Made by a program: the position numbers and the translations under genes. The notes beneath the pieces are model-generated. The model was not told the DNA's origin, ran no database searches, and worked only from the letters and a program-made list of their open reading frames with translations. A stretch of DNA of 64,000 nucleotides, taken from the NCBI RefSeq assembly GCF_046314175.1, contig NZ_JBKBXG010000018.1, positions 852 to 64,851 of the forward strand, given 5' to 3'. Positions 1-11,037 of the stretch are shown here, one piece after another (within the stretch, counting starts at the first letter, position 1; each line of letters starts with the position of its first letter). The stretch comes from Acidovorax sp. Lineage in GTDB: Bacteria; Pseudomonadota; Gammaproteobacteria; Burkholderiales; Burkholderiaceae_C.

Positions 1-1
1 C

Positions 2-826
2 AACGTGTGGAACATCGGGGCTGAGGGCCAGTTTGTGATTGGTGCGGTCACGGCAGGTGGCATCGCCTTGCTGGCCGACAAGACCACCGGCCCGTGGATC
101 GTGCCCGCCATCCTGTTGGCCGGTGTGCTGGGCGGCATGGCGTGGGCGGGGCTCACGGCGCTGCTGCGCGACAAGTTCAACGCCAATGAGATCCTTGTGA
201 GCCTGATGCTGGTCTATGTGGCCACGCTGGTGCTGGGCTACCTTGTCTATGGCCCGTGGAAGGACCCCATGGGCTACAACTTTCCGCAGACCAAGACGTT
301 CGAGAAAGTGACGCAGATCCCGCGCCTGATGCAGGGCTCGCGGGTGTCCATTGGGCTCTTGTTGGCGTTGGCGGGCGCTGCGGCGCTGTGGGTGTTTCTG
401 TTTCGCACACGGGCCGGTTTTGCCCAGCAGGTGGGCGGGCTAGCCCCCGCTGCGGCGCGCTACGCGGGCTTTTCGTCGCGCAAGGCGCTGTGGACGGCGT
501 TGTTGATCTCGGGCGGCGCGGCCGGCCTGGCCGGTGCGCTGGAAGTCGCTGGCCCCATCGGCCAGCTCACACCGTATGTGCCCGCAGGCTACGGCTTTGC
601 GGCCATCATCGTGGCCTTTGTGGGGCGCCTGCACCCGGTGGGCATGATCCTGTCGGCCATCCTCATGAGCATGTTCTACATCGGCGGCGAGCTGGCGCAG
701 TCGCGCATGGGCTTGCCCAAGTCGCTCACGGGCGTGTTCCAGGGCCTGCTGCTGTTCACGCTGCTGGCGTGTGACACGCTGATTGCGTATCGACTGCGCT
801 GGGTTGGTTCGAAAGGAGGCAAGTGA
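2..826 (+). CDS. ABC transporter permease, nucleoside/purine (BMP-associated) family; 5' end outside window
   Basis: WNIGAEGQ start motif, NEILVSLML, GYGFAAIIVAFVG; multi-TM; followed by second permease and BMP protein. Confidence 0.9.
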   Translation, partial: NVWNIGAEGQFVIGAVTAGGIALLADKTTGPWIVPAILLAGVLGGMAWAGLTALLRDKFNANEILVSLMLVYVATLVLGYLVYGPWKDPMGYNFPQTKTFEKVTQIPRLMQGSRVSIGLLLALAGAAALWVFLFRTRAGFAQQVGGLAPAAARYAGFSSRKALWTALLISGGAAGLAGALEVAGPIGQLTPYVPAGYGFAAIIVAFVGRLHPVGMILSAILMSMFYIGGELAQSRMGLPKSLTGVFQGLLLFTLLACDTLIAYRLRWVGSKGGK

Positions 827-1746
827 TGGAATCCTATGCACTCCTCATCGGTGCCACGCTGAGCGCGGGCACCGTGCTGGCCATCGCGGCCCTGGGGCTG
901 TTGATCAATGAGAAGGCGGGCATCGTCAACCTGGGCGCCGAGGGCATGATGCTCTGCGCCGCCATCGCCGGTTTTGCCACCGTGGTGCACACGGGCAATA
1001 CCTGGCTGGGGTTTGCGGCGGGCATGGCGGCAGGTGCGTTGCTGGCGGCCATCTTTGGTGTGCTGGTGATCTGGCTCAACACCAACCAGTACGCCACGGG
1101 GCTGGCGCTCAGCCTGTTCGGCGTGGGTTTTTCGGCCTTTGCGGGCATCAGCTACGTCCAGGCCAAGCTGCCAGAGCTGCCCAAATACGTGATCCCGGTG
1201 CTGGGCGATGTGCCACTGCTCGGCCCCGCGCTGTTCCGGCAGCACCCGCTGGTGTACATCACCATGCTGCTGGTGGTGGGAATGATCTGGTTCCTGTACC
1301 GCACGCGCGCCGGGCTGGTCCTGCGCTCGGTGGGGGAATCGCCTGAGTCGGCCCATGCGCTGGGCTACCCGGTGCGCCGTATTCGCTTGGCCGCCGTGGT
1401 GGCCGGTGGCTCGCTGTGCGGGCTGGCCGGGGCGTACATCTCTACCGTCTACACCCCGCTGTGGGTGGAGGGCATGGTGGCCGGGCGCGGCTGGATTGCG
1501 CTGGCGCTCACCACCTTTGCCACTTGGCGCCCGGCACGGGTGTTGCTTGGTGCTTATCTGTTTGGCGGCGTGACGATGCTGCAGTTCCATTTGCAGGCCA
1601 CGGGCGTGCAGGTGGCCAGCCAGTTGCTGAGCATGCTGCCGTATGTGGCCACCATCGTGGTGCTGGCGTTGATCTCGCGCAATCCGGCGTGGATTCGCAT
1701 CAACATGCCTGCGTCGCTGGGCAAGCCGTTTTATCCGGGTAGCTGA
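826..1746 (+). CDS. ABC transporter permease, nucleoside/purine family
   Basis: EKAGIVNLGAEGMM, SVGESP..A..LG, GRGWIALAL; TGATG overlap and AGGAGG RBS. Confidence 0.9.
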   Translation: MESYALLIGATLSAGTVLAIAALGLLINEKAGIVNLGAEGMMLCAAIAGFATVVHTGNTWLGFAAGMAAGALLAAIFGVLVIWLNTNQYATGLALSLFGVGFSAFAGISYVQAKLPELPKYVIPVLGDVPLLGPALFRQHPLVYITMLLVVGMIWFLYRTRAGLVLRSVGESPESAHALGYPVRRIRLAAVVAGGSLCGLAGAYISTVYTPLWVEGMVAGRGWIALALTTFATWRPARVLLGAYLFGGVTMLQFHLQATGVQVASQLLSMLPYVATIVVLALISRNPAWIRINMPASLGKPFYPGS

Positions 1747-1853
1747 ATGGCCCATGCCAGCTGCCGCAAATACGCGTTACCCAGCGGTAGATCGCCCCAT
1801 AATTCATCTTTTTCGCGTGTTTCAACCCCCAACGTTCTCAAGAAGGAACTGAC

Positions 1854-3020
1854 ATGACTGATCTGCAGAAACGCTCCATGCTCAAGGTGGCAGCGCTCTC
1901 CGCCGTTGCCGCTGCCGCACTCGTGGGCTGTGGCAAGAAGGAAGAACCGGCACCGGCCCCTGCGCCTGCTCCGGCCCCTGTGGCAGAAGCCCCGGCACCC
2001 AAGCCCGAGCCACTGAAGATCGCCTTTGCTTATGTCGGCCCTGTGGGCGACGGCGGCTGGACCTTTGCGCACGACAACGGACGCAAGGCCATCGAAAAGG
2101 AATTCGGCGACAAGGTCGTGACCAGCTTCGTGGAGAGCGTGCCCGAATCGGCCGACGCCGAACGCGTACTGCGTGACCTGGCCGGCCAGGGTAACAAGCT
2201 GATCTTTGGCACCACCTTCGGCTACATGGAGTCCATGCTCAAGGTCGCGGAAGACAACAAGGGCGCCAAGTTCGAGCACGCCACGGGCTACAAGACGGCA
2301 GAAAACCTGCGCACCTACGACAGCCGCACCTACGAAGGTGCGTACATGGCTGGTGTGATCGCTGGCGCCATGACCAAGTCCAACACGCTGGGCGTGGTCG
2401 GCTCGGTGCCAATCCCTGAAGTGATCCGCAACATCAACAGCTTCACCATGGGCGCCCAATCGGTCAACCCCAAGATCAAGACCAAGGTGGTGTGGGTGAA
2501 CGAGTGGTTTAGCCCACCGAAGGAAACCGAAGCCGCCACCAGCCTGATCAATGGCGGCGCCGACGTGCTGTTCCAGAACACCGACTCGGCTGCCGTTTTG
2601 AAGACAGCCCAAGAAAAGGGCAAGCGCGCCTTCGGTTGGGACAGCGACATGACCGCCTACGGCCCCAAGGCCCACCTGGCATCTGCTGTGATCAACTGGG
2701 GCCCGTACTACGTGAAGGCCACCAAGGACGCGCTGGAAGGCACCTGGAGCACGGGCCAAAGCTGGTGGGGCGTGAAGGAAGGCGCCATCGACATCGTCTC
2801 CATCGCTGAAGACGTGCCTGCAGACATCAAGACCAAGGTCGAAGAGATCAAGAAGGGCCTGGCCGAAGGCACCTACAACATCTGGAAGGGCCCTATCGTG
2901 GGTCAGGACGGCAAGGAAGTGCTGGCCAAGGATGTGGTCGCCGATGACAAGTTCTTGGGCGGCGTGAACTTCTACGTCAAGGGCGTGGAAGGCAAGATCC
3001 CCGGCGGCGAGAAGAAGTAA
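1854..3020 (+). CDS. BMP family ABC substrate-binding lipoprotein (purine/nucleoside)
   Basis: Lipobox LVGC, Pro/Ala linker, YVGPVGDGGWT, IFGTTFGY, RTYEGAY, NWGPYY; AAGGAA RBS. Confidence 0.92.
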   Translation: MTDLQKRSMLKVAALSAVAAAALVGCGKKEEPAPAPAPAPAPVAEAPAPKPEPLKIAFAYVGPVGDGGWTFAHDNGRKAIEKEFGDKVVTSFVESVPESADAERVLRDLAGQGNKLIFGTTFGYMESMLKVAEDNKGAKFEHATGYKTAENLRTYDSRTYEGAYMAGVIAGAMTKSNTLGVVGSVPIPEVIRNINSFTMGAQSVNPKIKTKVVWVNEWFSPPKETEAATSLINGGADVLFQNTDSAAVLKTAQEKGKRAFGWDSDMTAYGPKAHLASAVINWGPYYVKATKDALEGTWSTGQSWWGVKEGAIDIVSIAEDVPADIKTKVEEIKKGLAEGTYNIWKGPIVGQDGKEVLAKDVVADDKFLGGVNFYVKGVEGKIPGGEKK

Positions 3021-3063
3021 GTAAGAAAAAATCAGTGGGCTGATGGGCCTGCTGTACACAGAG

Positions 3064-3088
3064 AGGGCCGCCTGCGGGTGGCCCTTTT
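3064..3088 (+). terminator. Rho-independent terminator-like hairpin after BMP gene
   Basis: AGGGCCGCC-TGCG-GGTGGCCCT followed by TTT. Confidence 0.6.
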
Positions 3089-3125
3089 CTATTTCCGCTC
3101 CCGGTTTTACAAAAAGGATGAGCAG

Positions 3126-5161
<2,036 letters not shown>

Positions 5162-5217
5162 CTCAGCAAGAGCCTGACAAGCTGGGTCGCCGCGCAGCGT
5201 GCCAAGCAGGTAGCAAA

Positions 5218-5283
5218 TGCTATCAAAATACTAGCTAATAGCGCTTTACAGATAAGCGCTGGTGGCTAAATTGATGCTGAATC
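5218..5283 (+). repeat. Dispersed ~66-bp double-dyad repeat, copy 1
   Basis: GCTA-tcaaaatac-TAGC-taat-AGCGC-tttacagataa-GCGCT-ggtggctaaattgatgctgaat. Confidence 0.85.
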
Positions 5284-5524
5284 TGCTCGCCATTCCATCG
5301 GTGATGGCAGCGTGCCAGCGTGACATGGGCCCAAGGCGAATCTGCGGGAGGGTGCGCCGTATGAGTTCCGGGTAAACCCTACAATTGTGAGATTCTGTAC
5401 CTGCCCGAAGCGCGCCATGCGCTCCGGGCGCTTTTTTGCCCGCGCGCGGTGGTGTGTGCTGCGCCCCGTGGGGCGGCCGTTGTGCGCAGGCGTTGTGCAT
5501 TCTTCTCCCGTCATATTTCTCACC

Positions 5525-7099
5525 ATGTTTCTCCATCAACTTTCCATCGGCAAGCGCCTGACCCTGGTACTGGGCGTGATTCTTTTGCTGTTTTTCGTCA
5601 GCAGCGTGGTTGCGGTTGTCAAACTGAACCAGCTGGGTGCGTTGATCGACACCATGGTGGACGAGAACGTCAAGACTGAGCGTGCGGGCGCGGACTGGCT
5701 GCTCAACACCACCGCGGGCGTGCAGCGTGCTGCGGCCATTGCCAAAAGCAGCGACGCCTCGCTGGTGCCATATTTCGCACCGGCCACGGCCGCCGCCATC
5801 AGCGAGACCAACACGCTGCAGAAGTTCATCGAGTCGAAGATGGATACGCCCGATGAAAAGCAGCTGTTTGCCAAGTTGGGCGAGCTGCGCCGGGCTTACC
5901 TCAACGCGCGCGAGGAAGTCAGCAAGCTCAAGCAGGCGGGCGATGCCGATGCAGCAGGCAAGGTCTTCACCGAACGGTTTGAGCCCACTTCGCGCGACTA
6001 TGTGGCGGGCGTCAAGCAGATGGTGGACCTGCAGCGCAACCAGCTGGACGCCGCGGGCAAGCGCAGTGAAGCACTGCGCGCCCAGACCACGCTGCTGCTG
6101 CAGATCTGCACCGGCGTCACGCTGCTGCTGGGCGCCTTGCTGGCCTGGCTGCTGACCACCAGCATCACGCGCCCGCTGCGCCAGGCCGAGGCCATTGCAG
6201 AAACCATTGCCAACATGGACCTGACCGGCGCCCCCCAGGCGACCTACGCCAACGACGAAACCGGTCACCTGCTGCGATCCCTGGATGCCATGCGCAGTGC
6301 CCTGCACCGCTCGCTGCAGCAGGTGCGTGGCGTGGTGGACAGCATCTCCACCGCCAGCACCCAGATCGCCATTGGCAACCAGGACCTCAGCGCCCGCACC
6401 GAGCAGACTGCCAGCAGCCTGCAGGAGACCGCCAGCTCGATGGAAGAGCTGACCAGCACCGTGCGCCAGAGCGCGGACTCGGCCGTGCAGGCCAACCAGT
6501 TGGCGGCGTCGGCTGCGCAGGTGGCACAACGTGGCGGGGATGTGGTGGCCCAGGTGGTGCACACCATGGACGACATCAACGCCAGCAGCAAGAAGATTTC
6601 CGACATCATCGGCACCATTGATGGCATTGCCTTCCAGACCAACATCCTGGCGCTGAACGCCGCCGTCGAGGCGGCCCGTGCCGGTGAACAAGGCCGTGGT
6701 TTTGCCGTGGTGGCGAGCGAGGTGCGTAACCTGGCCCAGCGCAGCGCCGAGGCCGCCAAGGAGATCAAGACCCTGATCGGCGTGTCGGTCGAAAAGGTGG
6801 AGTCGGGCGCCGCGCTGGTGCAAAACGCAGGCACCACCATGGGCGAGATCGTGAGTTCGGTGCGCCGCGTGACCGACATCATTGGCGAGATCAGCGCCGC
6901 CGCATCCGAGCAGAGCCTGGGCATTGGCCAGGTCAACGTTGCGGTCAACCAGCTCGACCAGATGACTCAACAAAACGCGGCCTTGGTGGAAGAATCCACC
7001 GCTGCGGCCGAGAGCCTGAAGGACCAGGCTGCACGCCTGGCAGACGTGGTGGGCGCCTTCCGTCTGGGCGCGCCCTCGCACGCCCCGCGCCTGAACTGA
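5525..7099 (+). CDS. Methyl-accepting chemotaxis protein (periplasmic sensor, HAMP, signalling domain)
   Basis: Two TMs; [34 protein letters not shown]; QQNAALVEE; start moved to [12 protein letters not shown]. Confidence 0.93.
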   Translation: MFLHQLSIGKRLTLVLGVILLLFFVSSVVAVVKLNQLGALIDTMVDENVKTERAGADWLLNTTAGVQRAAAIAKSSDASLVPYFAPATAAAISETNTLQKFIESKMDTPDEKQLFAKLGELRRAYLNAREEVSKLKQAGDADAAGKVFTERFEPTSRDYVAGVKQMVDLQRNQLDAAGKRSEALRAQTTLLLQICTGVTLLLGALLAWLLTTSITRPLRQAEAIAETIANMDLTGAPQATYANDETGHLLRSLDAMRSALHRSLQQVRGVVDSISTASTQIAIGNQDLSARTEQTASSLQETASSMEELTSTVRQSADSAVQANQLAASAAQVAQRGGDVVAQVVHTMDDINASSKKISDIIGTIDGIAFQTNILALNAAVEAARAGEQGRGFAVVASEVRNLAQRSAEAAKEIKTLIGVSVEKVESGAALVQNAGTTMGEIVSSVRRVTDIIGEISAAASEQSLGIGQVNVAVNQLDQMTQQNAALVEESTAAAESLKDQAARLADVVGAFRLGAPSHAPRLN

Positions 7100-7169
7100 G
7101 TGCTTTGACGGCCGCATCAACCTTGTAGAGGCCGACCCTCCAGCGGATCGAACCAAGCTGCAAACCCAC

Positions 7170-7204
7170 CACCAGACGCGTCGCCCTGCGAGTCTGGTGT
7201 TTTT
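7170..7204 (+). terminator. Terminator/attenuator-like hairpin between MCP and second BMP gene
   Basis: CACCAGAC...GTCTGGTG followed by TTTTT. Confidence 0.5.
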
Positions 7205-7231
7205 ACCAACTGGGCCATGTAGAGGACCACC

Positions 7232-8335
7232 ATGTACAAAAACCTCGCAGCCACGCTCGTGGCCGCCTGTTTTTTATCCCCCGTTTTTTCACAGACCGCA
7301 CAGGGCAAAGACGCCCGTGCTGGCGAACCCGTCAAGGCCGGATTCGTCTACGTCTCCCCGATCACCGAAGCGGGCTGGACACGCCAGCACGATGAAGGGC
7401 GCAAGGCCGTGGAGGCTGCGCTGGGCAGCCAGGTGAAGACCACCTTCGTCGAGAACGTGGCCGAAGGTGCTGATGCCGAGCGCGTGATCCGCGACCTGGC
7501 CGCCACCGGCCACCAGATCATCTTCACCCCCAGTTTTGGCTACATGGAGCCCACGCTCAAGGTGGCGCAGGACTTCCCCCAAGTCAAGTTCGAGTCCATC
7601 ACCGGCTACAAGACAGCCCCCAATGTGACCACCGCCAACGCGCGCTACTACGAGGGCCGCTACCTGGCGGGCATTGCAGCGGGCCGCATGAGCAAAACCG
7701 GTGTGGCTGGTTTTGTGGCGGGCTTCCCCATCCCAGAAGTGCTGCAGGGCATCAATGCGTTCACTCTGGGCATGCGCTCGGTCAACCCGCAGGCCACCGT
7801 CAAGGTGGTGTGGCTCAACGTGTGGTTTGACCCGCCCAAGGAGCGCGATGCCGCCATGGCCCTGTTCAACCAGGATGTGGATGTGATCGCATTCCATACC
7901 GGCTCCACAGCCGTGATGGCGGCTGCGCAGGAGCGGGGAAAGATGGCCGTGGCCTACCACTCCGACATGCGCCGCACAGGGCCCGATGCGCAGATCGTGG
8001 CCGTGACCCACCAGTGGGGCAACTACTACACCGAGCGGGTGCGCGCCGTACAAAACGGCAGTTGGAAAAGCGCCAACCTTTGGGGCGGCGTGCGCGAAGG
8101 CATGATCCGCGTCGGCGACTTTGGCCCCCGCGTGCCAGCCGCCGTGCAGCAGGAGGTGCTGGCCGCGCAAAAGGCCATCGGCGCTGGCAAGCTCCAGCCT
8201 TTCCGCGCGGGCAAGGCGCCGGTGCGCGACAACGAGGGGCAAGAGCGGATCGCTGCGGGTCAGGCACTGTCGGATGCACAAATATTGCAGATGAACTGGC
8301 TGGTGGAGGGTGTGGTGGGCAAGCTGGCCCGCTGA
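7232..8335 (+). CDS. BMP family substrate-binding protein, second paralog (no clear lipobox)
   Basis: FVYVSPITEAGWT, IFTPSFGY, ARYYEGRY, GFPIPEV; AGAGGA RBS. Confidence 0.9.
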   Translation: MYKNLAATLVAACFLSPVFSQTAQGKDARAGEPVKAGFVYVSPITEAGWTRQHDEGRKAVEAALGSQVKTTFVENVAEGADAERVIRDLAATGHQIIFTPSFGYMEPTLKVAQDFPQVKFESITGYKTAPNVTTANARYYEGRYLAGIAAGRMSKTGVAGFVAGFPIPEVLQGINAFTLGMRSVNPQATVKVVWLNVWFDPPKERDAAMALFNQDVDVIAFHTGSTAVMAAAQERGKMAVAYHSDMRRTGPDAQIVAVTHQWGNYYTERVRAVQNGSWKSANLWGGVREGMIRVGDFGPRVPAAVQQEVLAAQKAIGAGKLQPFRAGKAPVRDNEGQERIAAGQALSDAQILQMNWLVEGVVGKLAR

Positions 8336-8429
8336 GCCTGCACGACCTACCGGCGCTCTCTGAATCCCCATATCTACTATGGGGCGCTCCGTATACAAGC
8401 GGTGCCCCCTTGCCGCTAAGCTTGCCGCC

Positions 8430-9740
8430 ATGCCTGTTTATCGATCTGCCCTTTTGCGCTTTGCCGACGACGGCACGGCCCTGTATGACCAAGATGGCCT
8501 GCTGGCTACGGGCCCCGATGCCCAGGGCCGTCATCGTGTGCTGGCGGCGGGCTCCTGGCAGTCGCTGGCGCCGCAATATGCTGACCAGCCCGTGACGCAC
8601 CTGCCCGGGCGCATTCTGGCGCCCGGTTTTGTGGACATGCACATCCACTTCCCGCAGACCGATGTCATCGGCTCGCCTGCTGACGGGTTGCTCCCCTGGC
8701 TTGAAAACTACACGTTTCCCCATGAATCGCGTTTTGTCGAATCCGACTACAGCGAACAGGTGGCGCAGTTCTTCGTTGCCGAGCTGCTGCGCAACGGCGT
8801 GACCACGGCACTGGCTTTTTCCACGTCGCACCCGACATCGGCCGACGCGCTGTTTGCCGAGGCGCAACGCCAGCAGATGCGTCTGATCACCGGCAAGGTG
8901 CTGCAGGACCGCCACTCGCCCGACGGCGTGCGGGACGACACCGAGCAAAGCCTCATCGACACCGAATTGCTGATCCAGCGCTGGCACGGTGTGGACCGCC
9001 TGGGCTATGCCATCACCCCGCGTTTTGCACCCACCAGCACGCACGAGCAGCTGCGCGGCGCGGGCGAGCTGGCCGCGCGCTATCCCGACGTGTGGATCCA
9101 GTCGCACGTGGCCGAAAACCTGGACGAGATTCGCTGGGCACGCGAGCTGTTTCCCGCCTCGCGCAGCTACCTGGGTGTGTACGACGACTTTGGCCTGATG
9201 CGTGAGCGCGCGGTGTACGCACACTGCATCCACTTTGACGATGACGACCGCGCGTTGATGCGTGACACCGGCGCCGTGGCCGCCGTCAGCCCCACCAGCA
9301 ACCTGTTTTTGGGCAGCGGGTTTTTTGATTACGCCAGCGCGGACCGCGTGGGATTTGGCTACGGCCTGGCCAGTGACGTGGGGGGCGGCACCAGCTTCAG
9401 CCCGTTCCACACGATGATGGCTGCCTACTATGTTGGGCGCACCACTGTCGAAGGTCGCCAGACCAAGCAGGGCCTGAGCCTGTCTCCCCAGCAGCTGTGG
9501 TGGCAGCACACGGCAGGTGCGGCCAAGGCGCTGGGCCTGGCGGGTGTGGTGGGCAATCTGCAGCCGGGCTGCGAAGCGGATTTTTTGGTGCTCAACCCCG
9601 AGGCCACGCCGCTTTTAGCGCGCAAGACCGCCCAAGCGCGCAACCTCAATGAGCTTTTGTTTGCGCTGATCGTGCTGGGCGATGACCGGGTGGTGGAACA
9701 AACCGTGATTTCTCAAGCAAAATACGGCTCTAGCGCTTGA
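8430..9740 (+). CDS. guaD: Guanine deaminase
   Basis: PGFVDMHIHFPQ, LLPWLENYTFP, ITPRFA, QSHVAEN, SDVGGGTS, LGDDR. Confidence 0.95.
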   Translation: MPVYRSALLRFADDGTALYDQDGLLATGPDAQGRHRVLAAGSWQSLAPQYADQPVTHLPGRILAPGFVDMHIHFPQTDVIGSPADGLLPWLENYTFPHESRFVESDYSEQVAQFFVAELLRNGVTTALAFSTSHPTSADALFAEAQRQQMRLITGKVLQDRHSPDGVRDDTEQSLIDTELLIQRWHGVDRLGYAITPRFAPTSTHEQLRGAGELAARYPDVWIQSHVAENLDEIRWARELFPASRSYLGVYDDFGLMRERAVYAHCIHFDDDDRALMRDTGAVAAVSPTSNLFLGSGFFDYASADRVGFGYGLASDVGGGTSFSPFHTMMAAYYVGRTTVEGRQTKQGLSLSPQQLWWQHTAGAAKALGLAGVVGNLQPGCEADFLVLNPEATPLLARKTAQARNLNELLFALIVLGDDRVVEQTVISQAKYGSSA

Positions 9741-9774
9741 TCATCAAGCGCTACCAGCTACATATTTAATAGCG
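9709..9774 (-). repeat. Dispersed ~66-bp repeat, copy 2 (overlaps guaD 3' end)
   Basis: + strand AGCGC-ttgatcatcaa-GCGCT-acca-GCTA-catatttaa-TAGC. Confidence 0.85.
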
Positions 9775-9821
9775 CCCGGCGGTGTGCAGCCTGCCTGGGC
9801 CACAGCGCAGGGAATTTAGCC

Positions 9822-10394
9822 ATGAGCATCAAGAGCGACAAATGGATCCGCCGCATGGCGGCCGAGCACGGAATGATCGAACCCTTTGAGCCCGGCCAGG
9901 TGCGCGAGGTCGAGGGCAAGAAGATCATCAGCTACGGCACCAGCAGCTACGGTTACGACATCCGCTGCGCGCCCGAATTCAAGGTGTTCACCAACATCCA
10001 CAGCACGGTGGTGGACCCCAAGAACTTTGACGAGAAGAGTTTTGTGGATTTTGAAGGCGACAGCTGCATCATTCCGCCCAACAGCTTTGCGCTGGCCCGC
10101 ACGATGGAATACTTTCGCATCCCGCGCAACGTGCTCACCATCTGCCTGGGCAAAAGCACCTATGCCCGCTGCGGCATCATCGTCAACGTCACGCCGTTCG
10201 AGCCCGAGTGGGAAGGCTATGTGACGCTGGAGTTCTCCAACACCACGCCGCTGCCCGCACGCATTTATGCGGGTGAGGGCTGCGCCCAGGTGCTGTTCTT
10301 CGAAAGCGACAAGGACGATGTGTGTGAGGTCAGCTACAAAGACCGGGGCGGCAAGTACCAGGGCCAGGTGGGGGTTACGCTGCCCAAGGCTTGA
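9822..10394 (+). CDS. dcd: dCTP deaminase
   Basis: [36 protein letters not shown]. Confidence 0.97.
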   Translation: MSIKSDKWIRRMAAEHGMIEPFEPGQVREVEGKKIISYGTSSYGYDIRCAPEFKVFTNIHSTVVDPKNFDEKSFVDFEGDSCIIPPNSFALARTMEYFRIPRNVLTICLGKSTYARCGIIVNVTPFEPEWEGYVTLEFSNTTPLPARIYAGEGCAQVLFFESDKDDVCEVSYKDRGGKYQGQVGVTLPKA

Positions 10395-10505
10395 TAGACC
10401 ACCGGGCGGATAGCGGCGGCGGACGGGGGCGTGGTGAGCCGCGGTGGCGTCCTACAGCATCCGTGCCGGTTGGCCGAAATGCAAGCAGGGGTAAGTTTTC
10501 TTAGC

Positions 10506-11021
10506 ATGGATGTCATGTTCCAGCGTCATGCTGGCGTGACCGAATCTGGAAGACACCTTGCCATGCTGACCTTTGCCCCTCCCTCAGTTGCTCCCACAGT
10601 TGCTCAGTCCGTAGCCGCATGGATAGGTTCTTTGGCGGCTTCGTTTTCGACGTCTTTGAATCCAACCGGCGGCCTGCAGGCGCGGCAACAGTCGTTGGCC
10701 GATACGGCGGGGGCTTGCGCAACTGCGGGCAGCGATCAGTGGGTGGATGAAACAGGCCCGTGCATGGCCCGATCGGGAGATGCTGCAGGCGGGGTGACTT
10801 ACTGGCCGTGCGATCTGCTTAATGCATTCATCCTGCAAATGGCTGCCCACGGCCACTGCGTGAGCGCCGCGATGATGCTGGGCCACCGCCCCTATGCGGT
10901 GCAGCAACTGGCCGCTGCGCAGCAGGTGCCCGATGAGGCCCTGCGCGGTGTGGCTGCCCAATTGCAGGCGTATTTCGATGTGCCGCCTGAAACCGCTTCG
11001 CAGCAATGGGGGGTCGCTTAA
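10506..11021 (+). CDS. Hypothetical protein (start uncertain)
   Basis: ORF filling the gap between dcd and the convergent diguanylate cyclase; C-terminal half has typical codon usage. Confidence 0.5.
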   Translation: MDVMFQRHAGVTESGRHLAMLTFAPPSVAPTVAQSVAAWIGSLAASFSTSLNPTGGLQARQQSLADTAGACATAGSDQWVDETGPCMARSGDAAGGVTYWPCDLLNAFILQMAAHGHCVSAAMMLGHRPYAVQQLAAAQQVPDEALRGVAAQLQAYFDVPPETASQQWGVA

Positions 11022-11037
11022 ACCGCTGTTGGTGGCG

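Noticed and set aside
5246-7156. Long antisense/alternate-frame ORFs (e.g. 5246-7156, 38138-39697, 53067-54746, 59899-61512)
   Set aside because: Shadow ORFs expected from GC-rich codon bias opposite well-supported genes; no motifs
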